20,000 bases of DNA from an uncultured virus (IMG/VR IMGVR_UViG_3300008448_000043) (Duplodnaviria; Heunggongvirae; Uroviricota; Caudoviricetes), in the IMG/VR virus record IMGVR_UViG_3300008448_000043. One strand, 5' to 3'. Under the pieces are notes generated by a model. The model searched no databases. It was not told where the DNA came from and saw nothing but the letters and a program-made list of their open reading frames with translations. Both the position numbers and the translations under genes were made by a program. This document shows, piece by piece, positions 10,172-18,054 of this stretch (position 1 is its first letter; each line of letters begins with the position of its first letter).

Positions 10172-11955
10172 TTTCTAACCGGTGTCAAACTTACAAAAAT
10201 GTCTCTTGGATTAATCACAAGTATGTCGTTCTTTGAAGTCACAAAGTCAAAGATAACTGGCTTAATGAAGATATCAACACCAGCTCCAGTATATGAGGAT
10301 GGGTCAAAATTAACTATGTCAACTCTCCCGGTAGCGTAATCCACCGTACCTATTTTCTTAACTTCCACGTGTTCTGTTGACGATATCTTCACTATACGCA
10401 GAGCTCCGTTTCCATCATCTTCTATCATACATGTTACACCACCATAGGTAAAGGTCGATGAAAACACACCCTTATCCGTGTCAATTGCGTGAGTTGAATC
10501 ACCTGGTGATGTCTTTAAGATTGCATTGTTAAAATTAAGAACATATGAGTTGTTTGCATTGACAATAGGGACGATTCTGATAAAAGGATTGATCTGTGTA
10601 AAATTACTAATAATACTTGGATCACTTCCGTCAATTCTGGCTAAGAATGTACTGTAGCTGAACTCTGAATTAAAGTCGTTGAGCTCTTTTGTATTGTAGT
10701 CTACAATTGAACCAATAACTTTATTTTTAATGTCATTTTCTGCAAGGGTTGTAATGTTTACATTGTACTTAACGCTTGAAACAACTCTCATGTAGACTAT
10801 GTTAGGATCAACAAACTCTGTTGTAACTGATAGTGGAACTTTGTTTTTTAGGTATGAATTATAAAGATCTTTATTAAGCTGAGGAATGCCATCTGCGTTA
10901 CTGATATCGATTGCTATAAAAACTTTACCATACTGAGGTGGATCTACTTTCTCGCCACCATAAACAGATATTGCTTGAATCTCTGGAAACTCTCTTAGAA
11001 GCAGAGTTCTATAATCTTCTTCTGTAACAGCTCTCTCCTGAGCCTGGAAATTTCTTGTGGAGTTAAATTTTATTGATTCAACTGACTCTGATACCGATCC
11101 ATTAACCGCTGCGCTTACCAAAGTTATTGAAACATTGGAGTGACCATCAATGTTGGAGTTGTTAACAAAGTTTTCTGCACCGTTTGAAAGCTCACCCGTG
11201 CTAATTCTATAACTAACATCCATTAACGCTCCACTTTTTGGAGCTCTTCCAATGATGTTGTCTCCAAACACTATCTCATACAGCTCATTCTCAGCGGGCT
11301 GCACAAAGAATATATTAGAGTTGGATCCATATCCAAAAAGTGAAAATGCTTGTACGTAGTCGTATTGATCAGCACCACTATTTTCCAGTATAGTAATTTG
11401 AAGACTGGATGTGTCGATGTTTGGATTGCTTAGAATAAATCTTTGACTTGTGTTAGATTCATTTTTTACAAAAGAATCAGTTACGTAAGCACCTTCATAT
11501 AGCAAAGTATTGTTAGCGTAAAATGAACCATTGCTGCTAGTTGTGATTGCTATTGCTTCACCAGTCACGAAGTTGAATGTGTTTGATCCTATTCTTGAAG
11601 TAAATCCTGTCCCCTTGGGGATTACCACCGAAGACACTGTAGTACTTGGTGTGATTTTAATATTGACTGATGCTGTTGATGACCTGAAGGATCTAGGTAG
11701 GTAGTTCAGTTCCTTGGCATGTGATACTATACTATCCTTGGATTGAGCTGTATCCAAAAACATCTCACTTGCAACCATGTTAAGATAAAACACATTGAGA
11801 TATGTGTTGTACGTAAGGACGTCAAGCAGTGTTGATATATTAGATCCATCAAAATCATAGTCCCTGAATCTGTCTTGTGATCTAAGGTGTGATTTCAAAG
11901 AGTCTTTTAACCCATTGAAGTCTAGATCTATTAAATTTATAGATGTATTAGCCAT
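10168..11955 (-). CDS. gp6: Baseplate wedge subunit, T4 gp6-like (baseplate J family, 595 aa)
   Basis: LDFNGLKDSLKSHLRSQDRFRDYDFDGSNISTLLDVLTYNT, EMFLDTAQ...SIVSHAKELNYLPRS, YEIVFGDNIIGR, ESVESIKF, QERAVTEEDY, GGEKVDPPQYGKVFIAI, GTVDYATG. Confidence 0.95.
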   Translation of the reverse strand: MANTSINLIDLDFNGLKDSLKSHLRSQDRFRDYDFDGSNISTLLDVLTYNTYLNVFYLNMVASEMFLDTAQSKDSIVSHAKELNYLPRSFRSSTASVNIKITPSTTVSSVVIPKGTGFTSRIGSNTFNFVTGEAIAITTSSNGSFYANNTLLYEGAYVTDSFVKNESNTSQRFILSNPNIDTSSLQITILENSGADQYDYVQAFSLFGYGSNSNIFFVQPAENELYEIVFGDNIIGRAPKSGALMDVSYRISTGELSNGAENFVNNSNIDGHSNVSITLVSAAVNGSVSESVESIKFNSTRNFQAQERAVTEEDYRTLLLREFPEIQAISVYGGEKVDPPQYGKVFIAIDISNADGIPQLNKDLYNSYLKNKVPLSVTTEFVDPNIVYMRVVSSVKYNVNITTLAENDIKNKVIGSIVDYNTKELNDFNSEFSYSTFLARIDGSDPSIISNFTQINPFIRIVPIVNANNSYVLNFNNAILKTSPGDSTHAIDTDKGVFSSTFTYGGVTCMIEDDGNGALRIVKISSTEHVEVKKIGTVDYATGRVDIVNFDPSSYTGAGVDIFIKPVIFDFVTSKNDILVINPRDIFVSLTPVRK

Positions 11956-12383
11956 TATCGTATTCTGGTAAGTAAGATAGTTACGGAGGTAGTCTCTGAG
12001 CTATTTATTGTGTTAAAATAAATGGTTACATAAACCTCATTTCTATCAATGTTGTTTTGTGCTGATACACGTATTGTTCTAACTCTAGGTTCAAAGTTCT
12101 GTATAGTGGTCTCAATCTCACTCTCTAAAGTAGCAGCAGTAAATTTGTTAAAGTTTTCAAATAACAAACTCAGTATATTACTTCCAAACTGAGGATTGAA
12201 AGGTTTTTCACCTTTCCTTGTAAAAATTATATTCTTTATAGATCTTATAATTGCATTTTCATCTGTTAGCCTTGCTAGGTCTTTTGTACCGCGGTTAACA
12301 TTGAAGTTAATGTAAAAGTCACTGTATCTCTCTCCGAGAATACCAGTTGTTGTATATTTGTCTGCAAACGATATTACAGGCAT
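11955..12383 (-). CDS. gp25: Baseplate wedge subunit / sheath initiator, T4 gp25-like (142 aa)
   Basis: YSDF...F, DENAIIRSIKNIIFTRKGEKPFNPQFGSNI..LLFE and IQNFEPRV are gp25/gpW family motifs. Confidence 0.95.
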   Translation of the reverse strand: MPVISFADKYTTTGILGERYSDFYINFNVNRGTKDLARLTDENAIIRSIKNIIFTRKGEKPFNPQFGSNILSLLFENFNKFTAATLESEIETTIQNFEPRVRTIRVSAQNNIDRNEVYVTIYFNTINSSETTSVTILLTRIR

Positions 12384-12674
12384 TTAGCCTCCAGCAAAAA
12401 CGTTAGATGATCCGGCTGCTACAGAAGTGCAACCTGATATAGAGTCTCCCACTCTTCCACAGCCTTTGCTATTAACAAAAACTGAACCAGATCCAGTAGC
12501 AATAGGAGCTGCATGAGATGGACACGGTGATCCTGGAAGGAGGTGAGTTGTATTCATATCGCCCTGTCGAGAGACCGCAATACCATTACAAAATACACTG
12601 GAGCTACCTTGAGCCCTTGTAGGTCCGCTACAATGAGTAACATCCGCATCTCCTATTCTAGTTACCGCTGGCAT
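12384..12674 (-). CDS. gp5.4: PAAR-repeat spike tip protein, T4 gp5.4-like (96 aa)
   Basis: PAVTRIGD, GSSSVFCNGIAVSRQGD, GSGSVFVNSKGCGRVGD and GSSNVFAG repeats, with His/Cys residues as candidate metal ligands. Confidence 0.93.
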   Translation of the reverse strand: MPAVTRIGDADVTHCSGPTRAQGSSSVFCNGIAVSRQGDMNTTHLLPGSPCPSHAAPIATGSGSVFVNSKGCGRVGDSISGCTSVAAGSSNVFAGG

Positions 12675-12867
12675 TTTTCTCTCTTGAAATTAATTGTTTA
12701 AGTCTTGTATTCCACATACCTATTTCATGATGTTGATCTTCCGTATGTGGTCCTTGTGGAATTTCAGGTAAAAATTCTATAACATTATCAAACGTTTGGG
12801 GTATACTCTCAAACGTGTTGTATTCTCTCAGAACACCATCAACAAGAATAACAAATTTATGTGGCAT
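12658..12867 (-). CDS. Small hypothetical protein between gp5 and PAAR (69 aa)
   Basis: ATG overlaps the gp5 stop (TGATG) and the 3' end overlaps the PAAR start by 17 nt; protein-like sequence FESIPQTFDNVIEFLPEIPQGPHTEDQHHEIGMWNTRLKQLI. Confidence 0.8.
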   Translation of the reverse strand: MPHKFVILVDGVLREYNTFESIPQTFDNVIEFLPEIPQGPHTEDQHHEIGMWNTRLKQLISREKNASGN

Positions 12868-13652
12868 CAGTTCAGATCTATCCTTGGTGCTTTGAATTTC
12901 ATATTACCTTTAGACTCAACAGTATATGTCCCATCAACGACCATATTAACATTACCCTTGACGCTAACATTCACGTTACCACCAACATAAACTTCATTTG
13001 ATCCAACTGTAACATCAAACCTATTTGATACTGATTTTATAACTGTTTGACCGTTCTTATCAACTTCAATATAGGTACCTGTTTTGTGAAAAACATGGAT
13101 ACGTTCATTTCCAGGAGAATCATCAATCTCAACAAGATGTCCAGATTCTGTTCTAAAGGATTTATTATAAGGATATTTAGGGTTAAATGGAGAATCAGGT
13201 TCCCCAGCAAAAGGAGTACTTGCTTCGACTCTTTGGTTATTTTTTATGGATCCTACTGTATTCTTTCCAATTGATGAGTTTGGTATCTCGTTGTTTTCAT
13301 CTTTTCCACTTAATCCCGCAAAAGATCCCATTATTATTGGTATCTGACATTCATTACTATCAGCAAAAAAACCAACAACGTGAGAACCAACAATCAAACC
13401 TACTGGACTTACTCCAATACCATCTTTTAAATCTTCACTGTATATACCAGAGCTTACCACCGAATTCAAGGGTGTGGCCCATGGAAGATGCTCTGTAGGC
13501 ACTAATGCAATATCTGGCTGCCCACCAGCAGTAAAGGGATGAACATTGTATATTCTCACTCGAACTCGCCCAAGCTGCTTTGGATCCTCCCTGTCTTCTA
13601 CCACTCCAACCCACCATCTGAATCCTTCTTCTCCTAAAGCTACAGTTGTCAT
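12867..13652 (-). CDS. gp5: Baseplate central spike, short gp5-like (OB-fold plus short beta-helix, no lysozyme domain; 261 aa)
   Basis: WWVGVVEDREDPKQLGRVRVRI and LPWA...VVGFFAD...QIPIIMGS (gp5 OB-fold); KYPYNKSFRTESGHLVEIDDSPGNERIHVFHKTGTYIEV; VxGN-type repeats ending RIDLN. Confidence 0.92.
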   Translation of the reverse strand: MTTVALGEEGFRWWVGVVEDREDPKQLGRVRVRIYNVHPFTAGGQPDIALVPTEHLPWATPLNSVVSSGIYSEDLKDGIGVSPVGLIVGSHVVGFFADSNECQIPIIMGSFAGLSGKDENNEIPNSSIGKNTVGSIKNNQRVEASTPFAGEPDSPFNPKYPYNKSFRTESGHLVEIDDSPGNERIHVFHKTGTYIEVDKNGQTVIKSVSNRFDVTVGSNEVYVGGNVNVSVKGNVNMVVDGTYTVESKGNMKFKAPRIDLN

Positions 13653-14950
13653 TGCTCAAATACTCCTCTACCATGTCTCATTAATTCTAAATGTGAACTG
13701 AATTTAGTATCTTCAGTAAGAGTTATGGAATGCTTCACGGAGGAAACAATATAATACCCACTGTCTATTTCATTTCTCGTCTTGTTAAGCTCCAAGGAAT
13801 CGTGCCTCGGTACTTCTAGGTTTATAACGCTTCCAGCTAACAGCTTTGTGTTACCTGGAATGTCAATATATGTTCTTTGCTGTGTAAAAATGTTCGAAAG
13901 GCACACTCGTTCAGGTAGTACGTCAAATAAAAAGTTACTTGTTTTATTTTCTGACTCTTTGTACAACGCAAACGGAATAAACATGGGCTTTCTTTTACCG
14001 CTTGAATATGCATCAAAAATGTTATTAGTCAATATTGTATTATTTCCATTAGTAAGCTCTTCAAATACTTTTGAGTTGGGCTTATTTTGAAACTGTCTTC
14101 TACTAACCTGCTTGGTTGTAAAATCGAACTGATGAATATCGTTATTTAAACCACCATCATCCACTAAATGGTTAACATTTACAGGGGAATTTACAGTATA
14201 GTTTGCGAAGAGGAGATTGGATTTAGAATCTGATGTTGCAGAAGCTGTATCTTTAATATTGGATGAAACATCTTCTTTTTGAAAGTAAATCGGAATTTCT
14301 GGTACACCATTAAAAATGTTTTTATTTTTTATTATTGCTTCTAATGCTGTAAAATAATATCCATTAGCGTTCTCAAAAAACAAAAACACCGACGATGCGT
14401 AAGTGTCTGATACACATCTCTTTCTCACAAAATCAATACCCTCAAAAGGACTCATGAAGGGAATGACAGTTACCGGTAAATCTTTTGTTGACTCATATGT
14501 TAGTTGTTTTTTTGTTCCAATATTGTTGAATAGTATATCTGATACAATGTCTTTGGCTGAAGATGAATAGCTTTTCGAAACCTTCTGAGCAGAATTTATA
14601 ATCAACTCTTTACTTGCTAGCCTTATTGCAATGTTTTTACTTCTTAGGTTATTACTAACCAGCATTGTTTTTATCTCAACAACCTTCATCTCATAACGTA
14701 ATGGTTGGTCATTTCCATAACCTAAAAATTCTATCGCAAAATCTTCATTTCCAGAGAAATTAAAACGTTCTCTCAAGCTAGATCCGTCTGTAATGAATAA
14801 ATCTGCTAAAATGTACGGTGTAAAAATACTCTCGTAGATATCTATTGAGTGAAGGTATTCAAAAAAACCATTGTCTTTTGAAATAGTTTTTCCATCGCTG
14901 TTTGTTATGGAAATACTTTTAATTAAACACTGACCGGGACTTAAGCTCAT
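13649..14950 (-). CDS. Probable baseplate hub protein, gp27/gpD (VgrG N-terminal)-like (433 aa)
   Basis: Lies immediately upstream of gp5; IDIYESIF.P...A.L.I.D, FLFFENANGYYF, and C-terminal IDIPGN..L.AG.VINL..P...SGYYIVSSVKH fit the gp27/gpD-type hub pattern. Confidence 0.65.
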   Translation of the reverse strand: MSLSPGQCLIKSISITNSDGKTISKDNGFFEYLHSIDIYESIFTPYILADLFITDGSSLRERFNFSGNEDFAIEFLGYGNDQPLRYEMKVVEIKTMLVSNNLRSKNIAIRLASKELIINSAQKVSKSYSSSAKDIVSDILFNNIGTKKQLTYESTKDLPVTVIPFMSPFEGIDFVRKRCVSDTYASSVFLFFENANGYYFTALEAIIKNKNIFNGVPEIPIYFQKEDVSSNIKDTASATSDSKSNLLFANYTVNSPVNVNHLVDDGGLNNDIHQFDFTTKQVSRRQFQNKPNSKVFEELTNGNNTILTNNIFDAYSSGKRKPMFIPFALYKESENKTSNFLFDVLPERVCLSNIFTQQRTYIDIPGNTKLLAGSVINLEVPRHDSLELNKTRNEIDSGYYIVSSVKHSITLTEDTKFSSHLELMRHGRGVFEQ

Positions 14951-15819
14951 TATGAGGACATTAATAGTTTAAATTGTTGAACAATATCATCTACATAAAC
15001 TGGATCTAATAAAAGAATATTCTTTTTCTTTTCGTTTTTCTCTGTCTCAACATCCCAATAGGTAACAGGAACATAATAATTAATCTCTTCGTTAGATATA
15101 TTTGTTGAAAGAGTTGCTACACTTGAGACAGTCGCGTTTGCTAGGCTATCATCACCCTTAACATTTACTGTATTGGAGAATGTACCTTGAATATTATCTA
15201 TTGTTAGAGTTAGCTTATCCGTGCTTATACCTCTGAGAGTCCCAACAGCAGACTTTACACCGCCGCTAAGCTGATATACATTTTCTAAAAGCTGAAACTC
15301 AGTATTTCCAACATTACTAACAGTTAAAGACAGCGTTCTATTAGTGGTTCTGATAACCTCTTCCTTTTTACGTTCGTAATTAGAAACACTATTGTTGACA
15401 CCCATGATAGGAGACCAGTAGTTCTTTTGAACATTGGACAAGCTGTTGTAGTAGGCTGTTGTTATTATTGAAAAATCATCATAGTAGTTTGTTCTATAAA
15501 ACTTAACTTTTGATTGAGCTTTGTATATTGAACCATACTTGTCTTCTATGAATTTTTTAAAGGTCTCTTGATCTAAGTACCAATCATGATAAGGATCAAC
15601 TATGTTATTACTGTAGTAGACTATCCAGTCATATCCAGGATCTCCGTAGTATAGGTAGGCTATAATGTCAGGCCTATCACCCTCTTTTATTGTGTATGGG
15701 TGAAACGTGTAGTAATTTTTGTCGAAGTCTTTTTTAAATGAAACTTTAGCAAGTAAATTAACAGCAACTGTATTACTGAAAGATGTAAGCGGGTAGTGTC
15801 TGAAATAATTATCTGCCAT
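14950..15819 (-). CDS. gp53: Baseplate wedge subunit, T4 gp53-like (LysM-like core; 289 aa)
   Basis: YFRHYP, YTIKEGDRPDIIAYLYYGDPGYDWIVYYSNNIVDPYHDW, FIEDKYGS and C-terminal E..KNEKKKNILLLDPVYV. Confidence 0.92.
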   Translation of the reverse strand: MADNYFRHYPLTSFSNTVAVNLLAKVSFKKDFDKNYYTFHPYTIKEGDRPDIIAYLYYGDPGYDWIVYYSNNIVDPYHDWYLDQETFKKFIEDKYGSIYKAQSKVKFYRTNYYDDFSIITTAYYNSLSNVQKNYWSPIMGVNNSVSNYERKKEEVIRTTNRTLSLTVSNVGNTEFQLLENVYQLSGGVKSAVGTLRGISTDKLTLTIDNIQGTFSNTVNVKGDDSLANATVSSVATLSTNISNEEINYYVPVTYWDVETEKNEKKKNILLLDPVYVDDIVQQFKLLMSS

Positions 15820-15860
15820 TTTTACCTTGACATGAGTTTAAGTTAATGTGCTTATTAGTA

Positions 15861-17069
15861 TTAAATTGATCCATCAGGATATGCACGTGCACCCCTTGAC
15901 CTATCTTCAATAGGTGGTAATTCACTACCGCCACCAGTATCGCTTCCATTAAGTCCAGAACCCGGTACTGGACCCGGAATAGCAGTAGGAACTTTCATCA
16001 TACTTTTTGATGTTTTAAAATCAAATAACTTTTCTTCTGTCTCGTGGAAGTCATTAGCAAGCCATACTTCAATTTCTTGGAAGTTGAGAGTTAGAGATAC
16101 AGCTGCTGGAACTCTTGCATCCCCTTGATCTTCCAGATCATTAAAGATGAAGGCCGGTCCTGCCGGAGTATAGTTAACATCCATTCCAGTGATCACACAC
16201 TTTTTAAATTTCTTGGTATGATCATCAGGCGCCATTTTTATTTCAAATATTGCAGGTGTCTTAAGTATTGACGAATATTTTTCATGCTGCTCTGGAAGCA
16301 TTTCTCTTCTGAAGTAACCTACTATGGTTTTGATTAGCTCAGACTCTTGGTAGGTTTCAGGGTAGAACACCCAGCTGAAAGAGAAAGACTTGAATCCTGT
16401 TCCACTATAAATCATAACTGGATGAGGATTAGTTGTAACCTGAAATGAAGCTTTTGCTGCTCCAGCTAATGGTCCACCCATTCCCGACATTAGATAAGTA
16501 CCACCTATAGCACCTATATCAGCAGCAGAAGTGTTTTCTATAACATCTGCTAATCCAGAGACCGCTTTATTAAGCGACTCTTTATTCATAATGTTACTAA
16601 CACTCTTTGTACCGTTTTGTTGCATTAGGTTATCAAACTGACCTTTGAGAGCATTGCCAAAGAAATACAGATTTTCAGAATTATAACTAGCAGCGTAGGA
16701 ATCGGTAATGTTTGCTGGAAGAGGAAGATACACTGACTTGTTTAGTTTGAATGTTCTAGTTACTTCATTAGCTCGTTTATACTTTGGGTCGTTATTATAG
16801 CTATACGCATTGAACCCAATATAAAAATTGTCACTGAGGTTGGGAGGATACACTATAGGGCTCAGCTCACCAACGAGCTCTGTCTGTCTTTTCTCCTCAA
16901 TAATTTCATCAGGTAAAGCAGGCTCTTCTGTTTTTTTATACATGACCCACCCACGGTCATCTGAGTGTTGGACCGTGGTGTTTTCGTATTTTCTAATAGC
17001 TAGCTTCTGAGCATCTACCCCAGCTTGGGAAGATCCATACACACCAGAACTAATTGTACCAGTTGCCAT
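15861..17069 (-). CDS. gp48: Baseplate tail-tube cap, T4 gp48-like (402 aa)
   Basis: YPPNL, VYLPLPANITDSYAASY, NPHPVMIYSGTGFKSFSFSWVFYP....ES..IK.IV..FR..MLP, FKKCVITGMDVNYTP, P.AVSLTLNFQEIE; AGGA Shine-Dalgarno 5 nt upstream of the ATG. Confidence 0.88.
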   Translation of the reverse strand: MATGTISSGVYGSSQAGVDAQKLAIRKYENTTVQHSDDRGWVMYKKTEEPALPDEIIEEKRQTELVGELSPIVYPPNLSDNFYIGFNAYSYNNDPKYKRANEVTRTFKLNKSVYLPLPANITDSYAASYNSENLYFFGNALKGQFDNLMQQNGTKSVSNIMNKESLNKAVSGLADVIENTSAADIGAIGGTYLMSGMGGPLAGAAKASFQVTTNPHPVMIYSGTGFKSFSFSWVFYPETYQESELIKTIVGYFRREMLPEQHEKYSSILKTPAIFEIKMAPDDHTKKFKKCVITGMDVNYTPAGPAFIFNDLEDQGDARVPAAVSLTLNFQEIEVWLANDFHETEEKLFDFKTSKSMMKVPTAIPGPVPGSGLNGSDTGGGSELPPIEDRSRGARAYPDGSI

Positions 17070-17078
17070 TTAAATCCT

Positions 17079-17516
17079 ATGAGTTATTCCGGAATATTCA
17101 AACCTAGAAATCCAAAAAAGTATAAAGGGGATTCCTCTAATATTATTTATCGCTCTCTTTGGGAGTGTAAATTCATGAGCTATTTGGATGCGCATCCGGA
17201 TGTTGTAGAGTGGGCTAGCGAAGAATTCTCAATACCTTATTTATCGCCCATAGATAATAGGGTCCACAGATATTTCCCTGATTTTTGGGTGAAAAAAAGA
17301 AACAAAGATGGTCTGCTGGAAACTGTAGTTATAGAAATAAAACCTAAGAGTCAAACTACACCACCAAAGATTAAAACCAAACCAACTAAAGCATATATTA
17401 ATGAAGTTAAGAGGTGGGGAATAAATAGCTCTAAATGGAAGTATGCAAAGCATTTTTGCGAGGAGAGAAAATGGACGTTTCAAATTTTAACGGAAGATGA
17501 CCTAGGAATAAAGTAA
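17079..17516 (+). CDS. gp4: Head completion nuclease, T4 gp4-like (TnsA-type PD-(D/E)xK; 145 aa from ATG 17079)
   Basis: MSYSGIFKPRNPKKYKGD..NIIYRSLWE.KFM, WASEE..IPY.SP.D.RVHRYFPDF, IEIKP, INSSKW..A..FC, FQILTEDDL. Start moved from the track's TTG at 17025 (which overlaps gp48) to ATG 17079, where the family-typical sequence begins. Confidence 0.92.
   Translation: MSYSGIFKPRNPKKYKGDSSNIIYRSLWECKFMSYLDAHPDVVEWASEEFSIPYLSPIDNRVHRYFPDFWVKKRNKDGLLETVVIEIKPKSQTTPPKIKTKPTKAYINEVKRWGINSSKWKYAKHFCEERKWTFQILTEDDLGIK
17144..17151 (-). promoter_or_regulatory. Candidate T4-type late promoter (GATAAATA) for the leftward baseplate operon, embedded in gp4
   Basis: 7/8 match to TATAAATA on the minus strand within the IIYRS codons of gp4, about 75 nt upstream of the gp48 ATG; there is no intergenic room for a promoter. 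Confidence 0.45.
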
Positions 17517-18052
17517 TGGCAATAACATACGAACAAATGCTCAAGCAGTCTATATCTAAGGGTCAGATTGTCGATGCGTCCAAGTGGTTTGAGGATACCT
17601 TTAAAAATGTCAGCCGCCCTACCGATTCAATCATAGATAATGCCAAATCTGGACTGAAATCCGGTATTCAAATTGGTAAGATGTATCTGTTTCACTATGA
17701 TCCCAAACATAAAAAGACTCTTCCGCTATATGATAGGTTCCCATTAATATTTCCCTTTGACCACGCTGAAAGTGGATTCTACGGATTGAACTTTCATTAT
17801 ATACCATATATGCAAAGAGCACGGTTACTTGATAATTTAATGAGTCTTGTGAATGACAAGGGATTGAGTAACGACGCTAGACTCAATTTAAACTATAGAC
17901 TTTTGAAGTCTGTATCAAAAGCAAAGCTGTTTGAACCATGTGTGAAAAGGTACCTAAATAGCCATGTAAGATCTAGATTTCTCCAGATAAGTCCTTCCGA
18001 GTGGGCTAAGGCTCTCATGCTTCCACTTGATGATTTTGTATACAGAAAGTAA
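17516..18052 (+). CDS. gp2: DNA end protector protein, T4 gp2-like (178 aa)
   Basis: GKMYLFHYDPKHKKTLPLYDRFPLIFPF, GFYGLNFHYIPY..RA.LLD.L, PCVKRYL.SHVRSRF and EW..ALMLP...F. Confidence 0.93.
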   Translation: MAITYEQMLKQSISKGQIVDASKWFEDTFKNVSRPTDSIIDNAKSGLKSGIQIGKMYLFHYDPKHKKTLPLYDRFPLIFPFDHAESGFYGLNFHYIPYMQRARLLDNLMSLVNDKGLSNDARLNLNYRLLKSVSKAKLFEPCVKRYLNSHVRSRFLQISPSEWAKALMLPLDDFVYRK

Positions 18053-18054
18053 CA

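Noticed and set aside
12384..14950. Bacterial T6SS, tailocin or PAAR-effector locus
   Set aside because: The PAAR has no toxin extension, and the neighbours gp2, gp4, gp26, gp48 and gp53 are T4-like phage genes, including head-related functions.
17025..17078. N-terminal extension of gp4 from TTG 17025
   Set aside because: It overlaps the gp48 start on the opposite strand, and family-typical sequence begins at ATG 17079.
17079..17516. TnsA-like nuclease as evidence of a Tn7-type transposon
   Set aside because: Sequence and position next to gp2 fit the phage head-completion protein gp4; no tnsB/tnsC or terminal repeats are present.
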